Origin: a virus
Taxonomy: Duplodnaviria; Caudoviricetes
DNA length: 63,053 nucleotides
Reading direction: 5' to 3' (one strand)
IMG/VR virus record: IMGVR_UViG_3300037076_000066
Span: 1 to 63,053 of that record
Position 1 is the stretch's first letter; every line of letters begins with the position of its first letter. A model generated the notes under the pieces. It was not told the DNA's origin. It worked only from the letters and a program-made list of their open reading frames with translations, and made no database searches. Shown one piece after another: positions 59,246 through 63,053 of this stretch. The position numbers were made by a program, and so were the translations under genes.

Positions 59246-59344
59246 ATGTTTATAAATATAATCGAAATGGGAATTTAGAAAATATAAATAGTTATTTTAT
59301 CACATTTTTATCACTTTTCGAAATATTGATTATATGTATAAGAT

Positions 59345-59485
59345 ATGGGAAGAAAAAAATTATACAAAACTAACGAGGAATTGAGAATTTCAATTAACGA
59401 AAAATCAATGAGATATTATCTGAAAAATAAAGAATTAATCCAAAAGAAGAATTTAAAACGATATTATGATAAGAAAGAAAAATAA
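59345..59485 (+). CDS. Small basic protein (46 aa) upstream of the endonuclease
   Basis: Hand translated MGRKKLYKTNEELRISINEKSMRYYLKNK...; ATATGTATA 4 nt before ATG; overlaps the next start. Confidence 0.55.
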   Translation: MGRKKLYKTNEELRISINEKSMRYYLKNKELIQKKNLKRYYDKKEK

Positions 59486-61214
59486 TAAGTGGACGGTTGA
59501 GGATATTGAGAAGTTGAAAGAATTGTATCCTGACAATACAAATAAACATATATCGGCTATCTTACATAGAAGTGAGCAAATTATAGCAGTCAAGGCTTCA
59601 AAGTTAAAGATAAAAAAATCGATATCGCATTTGCGGCATATGGCAACCCAACAAGACCAATCCCGATTGAGAACTCTTGATGAATTTATACTAGAATCAA
59701 ATAAAACACATGATATTGGTGAATATGATTATGACGAGTCAAGGTATGTAGGAGCACATCAACTAATCGAAATAAAACACAATAAATGTGGAAAAATATT
59801 TACCCAATTAGCCAATACACATGTTCGTGGAGGTGGGTGTCCATTCTGCAATGGAACTGAAAAACGCTCAAATATTACTTTTAAAATGGCAGGTGAAGAG
59901 AAATATGAAGATTTAAATAGTTATGACCTAGTCGATTATAAGAATGCCAAAACCAAGGTTAAGATACGATGTAACCGGCACAATTTAATATTTGAACAGA
60001 TACCCGATAGTTATTTACGTAAAAATACGGGATGTCCTGAATGTAGTCTAGAAAATAGAAAACGAAGAATCGATGGTTGGTCAGTTGACGATGATAATAT
60101 ATTAACAGCTTTATATTCAACTACTTCAAATGAAGAATTGAAATTAAAATTTAATAAGAGTGTGGGATCAATAGTCCAACGTGCTGGAAGATTTAATTTG
60201 AAAAAGGATGAATTGTATATTAGTAATTTAAGACGAGATATAAATATAAAATTAAAAGGTCGTAATTTAGATTATCAGAAAGTAAAAGAAATTGCATTAA
60301 AATTTAAATCACGACAAGAATTTGGAAAATTAGATACTTCAGCATATGACTTTGCCAGAAAAAATGGATATTTAGATGATATTTGTTCGCATATGCTGAA
60401 AATTAACATGAGTGCTCCTCAGTTAATGTTACAAACTATTATGGACGGTGTATTAAATAAAAAATCAATGTATAATACACGGCAAATCATAAAGCCGTTT
60501 GAAATTGACATATACTATCCAGAATTTAAGTTGGCATTTGAATATCAAGGAATCCATTGGCACGGAGAAGATAATACACGAGACGCAATTAAATTGCAAC
60601 GGATGAACGATTTGGACATCAATCTAATTTATATAATGGAAACAAGCAAACAATATGAAATAGATATAAAAAATCAACTAGTTAACAATTTAACAGAAAT
60701 AAATAGAATCTGTAATACGTCAATATTACCCGGTGATATACTAAATTTTAATATAGGAAATGTTTATGAAAAAATACATAATAAAGATACGTTATTTGCT
60801 ATTGCAAGAACATACGATTCATATAAAGAGTTTAGAAAAATAGAAAAAAGCGTATGTTATAAACTAAATCTCATGGGGTGGATAAAACCTGCAACCGATC
60901 ACATGAAAGATAAATGGAAAAAACTGACATTGGAGATGGTATTGGAGAAGATTAAAAAATATACAACGTTAAGTGATTTGCACGAGCATGATAAAGGAGC
61001 CTACGAATATATAATGCGAAATAAACTGAAACATTTGGTGTCGCATTTGAAACGAGGATCATATGCCGTAGATTTTACGCTGGACGAGGTAAAAACAAAA
61101 ATTAATCAATATACAACAAAATGGGAATTTACAAAAGAAAATCCACGGATGTATAATTATTTGCGATCTAGAAGACTAACATATCTAATATCACATCTTA
61201 CAAGTTTAAAATAA
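59466..61214 (+). CDS. Putative homing endonuclease (Myb-like repeats, Zn ribbons, PD-(D/E)xK nuclease)
   Basis: WT.ED...L..LY repeats; GCPFC, GCPEC; EIDIYYPEFKLAFEYQGIHWH; inverted relative to neighbours. Confidence 0.7.
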   Translation: MIRKKNNKWTVEDIEKLKELYPDNTNKHISAILHRSEQIIAVKASKLKIKKSISHLRHMATQQDQSRLRTLDEFILESNKTHDIGEYDYDESRYVGAHQLIEIKHNKCGKIFTQLANTHVRGGGCPFCNGTEKRSNITFKMAGEEKYEDLNSYDLVDYKNAKTKVKIRCNRHNLIFEQIPDSYLRKNTGCPECSLENRKRRIDGWSVDDDNILTALYSTTSNEELKLKFNKSVGSIVQRAGRFNLKKDELYISNLRRDINIKLKGRNLDYQKVKEIALKFKSRQEFGKLDTSAYDFARKNGYLDDICSHMLKINMSAPQLMLQTIMDGVLNKKSMYNTRQIIKPFEIDIYYPEFKLAFEYQGIHWHGEDNTRDAIKLQRMNDLDINLIYIMETSKQYEIDIKNQLVNNLTEINRICNTSILPGDILNFNIGNVYEKIHNKDTLFAIARTYDSYKEFRKIEKSVCYKLNLMGWIKPATDHMKDKWKKLTLEMVLEKIKKYTTLSDLHEHDKGAYEYIMRNKLKHLVSHLKRGSYAVDFTLDEVKTKINQYTTKWEFTKENPRMYNYLRSRRLTYLISHLTSLK

Positions 61215-61979
61215 TTATTTTTTATTCAATCGTTTGATGATGAATTTTACGAGTTCTGATCTAACAATATCATCATCGTTAAATTCGAATGTATATATTC
61301 CATTATTTCGAGACTCTTCATCGTTAAATTTATTCATCATTTGCAGGGCACCACTATTTTTAATATCTGACTGAGAATCATCGAATAACATGAATAGCTT
61401 ACTAAATTGTCCAACTCTCGTAATTAAAGTTGTGATTTCTTTAAACGTCATATTCTGAATTTCATCCGCCACGATTACTTTGGCATTCCAGTTTATACCT
61501 CTTAGGAAATTGATAGGTTGACCCGTTATCCTACCTTCTTTTAATAACATATCTATTTCGTTGTTAGGTAACAACTCTTCCAACTTATCTGTAAGTGCTT
61601 GTAGGTAAACAGAAACCTTCTGATCAATATCTCCTTTCAAATACCCCAAGTGACTGTCCGATGACTCAACAATACTTCTCAAATAAATTAAATCACTTAC
61701 TTTCTTCTCATTTAACAGTTGTAATGCGGCCATTATAGCACAGAAAGTTTTGGAACTACCGGCACTTCCCCGAATAAAAATCATCTTACATTCTTTAGAA
61801 TTAATCAACTTCAACAATTCTTTTTGTTTATCGGTTAAATCGGGTCTTACACGAATATGCAATTCTGATTTTAGTTTTCCTTTTTGATAGACGATGGGGC
61901 TTGTATCTTTAATATATTCTTGTTCATTTGAATTGTCGGTATTTTGTTTATGGTTATTTTTTTTATATTTTTTGCTCAT
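61215..61979 (-). CDS. phoH: PhoH-family ATPase
   Basis: GSAGSSKT, LGYLKGD, FLRG, VADEIQN, ITRVG, QSDI, DIVRS. Confidence 0.92.
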   Translation of the reverse strand: MSKKYKKNNHKQNTDNSNEQEYIKDTSPIVYQKGKLKSELHIRVRPDLTDKQKELLKLINSKECKMIFIRGSAGSSKTFCAIMAALQLLNEKKVSDLIYLRSIVESSDSHLGYLKGDIDQKVSVYLQALTDKLEELLPNNEIDMLLKEGRITGQPINFLRGINWNAKVIVADEIQNMTFKEITTLITRVGQFSKLFMLFDDSQSDIKNSGALQMMNKFNDEESRNNGIYTFEFNDDDIVRSELVKFIIKRLNKK

Positions 61980-62293
61980 AATTTATTTTTTAATTGTTTC
62001 CGAAGTTCTTCTATTTTAGGACAAAATTCAAATAATTTGGATTGTTGATAATATTCGTAGATATGGGCTAAGTTAGCATCAAATTCTTTTTCATGTAAAG
62101 TGACAATAAAATTGGATGATTTAAAGGAAAATAATTCAACGACTGCCAATTTATTTTTTAATGCATATTCGATAGATTTTACAGTATGCCACATCATATC
62201 TTGTCGGAAGGTGGATATGAATTTTTCCATTTCGGCATTGTCCGATGGTAAAACATAAGTTTCATTTTCTTCTAACAATGGTTTCTTCGCCAT
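61976..62293 (-). CDS. Hypothetical protein
   Basis: Probable start MAKKP after an ATAGTTATT motif variant. Confidence 0.6.
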   Translation of the reverse strand: MAKKPLLEENETYVLPSDNAEMEKFISTFRQDMMWHTVKSIEYALKNKLAVVELFSFKSSNFIVTLHEKEFDANLAHIYEYYQQSKLFEFCPKIEELRKQLKNKL

Positions 62294-62330
62294 AGTAATA
62301 ACTATAACTCTCAAGTCGTAAAAACAAAAA

Positions 62331-62352
62331 AACCGAAAAATAAATTTCGGTT
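62331..62352 (-). terminator. Intrinsic terminator hairpin
   Basis: AACCGAAA...TTTCGGTT followed by a T run on the minus strand. Confidence 0.6.
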
Positions 62353-62372
62353 ATGTTATTATTTTATTTAAA

Positions 62373-62666
62373 CTACCAAATCCGATGTTTCTTCGAATCG
62401 TATTGAACGAGTTCCACTTTTTCTCCCCATGAATGATTTTTTGAAACTTTAGTCCAGAATTTCATTTCATTCAATGCCATTTTATCTGCCGGATAGGAAT
62501 ATTCCTTATCGGATACTCGATATCCATCTCTTGTTACAACATAGCGATCTGATATTACTTTATCAATATCGGCTTTATTTTCAATGGTTAAGTTGTTTTC
62601 AAACATTGGTTCAACACTTTTCTTGGGAGTCGTCGAATTTAACTCTTTATTTTTTTCTTTTTTCAT
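62373..62666 (-). CDS. Hypothetical protein
   Basis: 97 aa; YVVTRDGYRVSD...KKHRIW. Confidence 0.65.
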   Translation of the reverse strand: MKKEKNKELNSTTPKKSVEPMFENNLTIENKADIDKVISDRYVVTRDGYRVSDKEYSYPADKMALNEMKFWTKVSKNHSWGEKVELVQYDSKKHRIW

Positions 62667-62670
62667 TTTT

Positions 62671-62955
62671 TTATGTGTCTTTTTTTAATTCAGACAATAT
62701 GAAGTTGGCAAGTTCTAGAGCACGTTCGTCAGTTGCGATAATGCTGTCAGCCCAAGGATTGCCCGTCCTTAAAATTCTCCAGCACCATCGAAATCTTTCT
62801 TTCCATCTTTTAATATTTCCATTACATGTATAATACCATATAGAAAAATTAAATCCTTTATCGTGTTCGTCAAAATAATATCTTTCCGTTTGTAACATAT
62901 GCGATGAACAATCGCATTTAGTAAATATTGAACTAGTAAATTCTTTTTTATTCAT
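62671..62955 (-). CDS. Hypothetical protein (probable start MNKKEF)
   Basis: The ORF-track N-terminal extension coincides with a promoter. Confidence 0.65.
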   Translation of the reverse strand: MNKKEFTSSIFTKCDCSSHMLQTERYYFDEHDKGFNFSIWYYTCNGNIKRWKERFRWCWRILRTGNPWADSIIATDERALELANFILSELKKDT

Positions 62956-62962
62956 TGGTAGT

Positions 62963-62991
62963 ATTATAACAGATGCCGGAATGATTGTCAA
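62963..62991 (-). promoter_or_regulatory. Consensus sigma70 promoter
   Basis: TTGACA-17 nt-TATAAT, 7 nt before ATG 62955. Confidence 0.85.
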
Positions 62992-63053
62992 TGGAAAAAG
63001 AAATCACATATATTTTCTAACGTAAAAAGCTGAGACACGCCGCACTAAAATCA

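Noticed and set aside
62956-62991. TTG start and N-terminal extension MTIIPASVIILP
   Set aside because: The sequence is a consensus sigma70 promoter
1-63053. Stop-codon reassignment
   Set aside because: Conserved genes are full length in the standard code and TAA, TAG and TGA all end genes
1-63053. tRNA or rRNA genes
   Set aside because: Intergenic gaps are short and I saw no cloverleaf or T-loop signature; a tRNA scan was not run

Overview
AT-rich (roughly 30% GC by eye) segment of a large T4-like myophage genome, mostly on the minus strand and read in the standard code. It holds the head module (major capsid protein cut off by the window edge, scaffold, prohead protease, intein-containing portal) and a large terminase split across two genes. 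It also encodes a fused Mre11/Rad50 (gp47-gp46-like) protein, a primase, a long baseplate/tail cluster, a gp55-like late sigma factor, tail fibres, PhoH, a GMP reductase/IMPDH-family enzyme and a nucleotidyltransferase. Selfish elements are dense: three inteins, about eight free-standing endonucleases, a tnpB-only IS200/IS605 element that interrupts a gene, an orphan IS605-like end and an IS607 TnpA fragment. Most notable are (1) a terminase that needs protein trans-splicing by an atypically split intein plus cis-splicing of a Gln-terminated intein 28 residues later, with a degenerate copy of its N-terminal half nearby, and (2) an apparently window-wide leaderless expression scheme. In that scheme sigma70 promoters, and an ATATTTATA motif that reads as the reverse complement of the T4 late promoter, sit only 3-8 nt before start codons. 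All family assignments come from motif recognition by eye; no searches were run.
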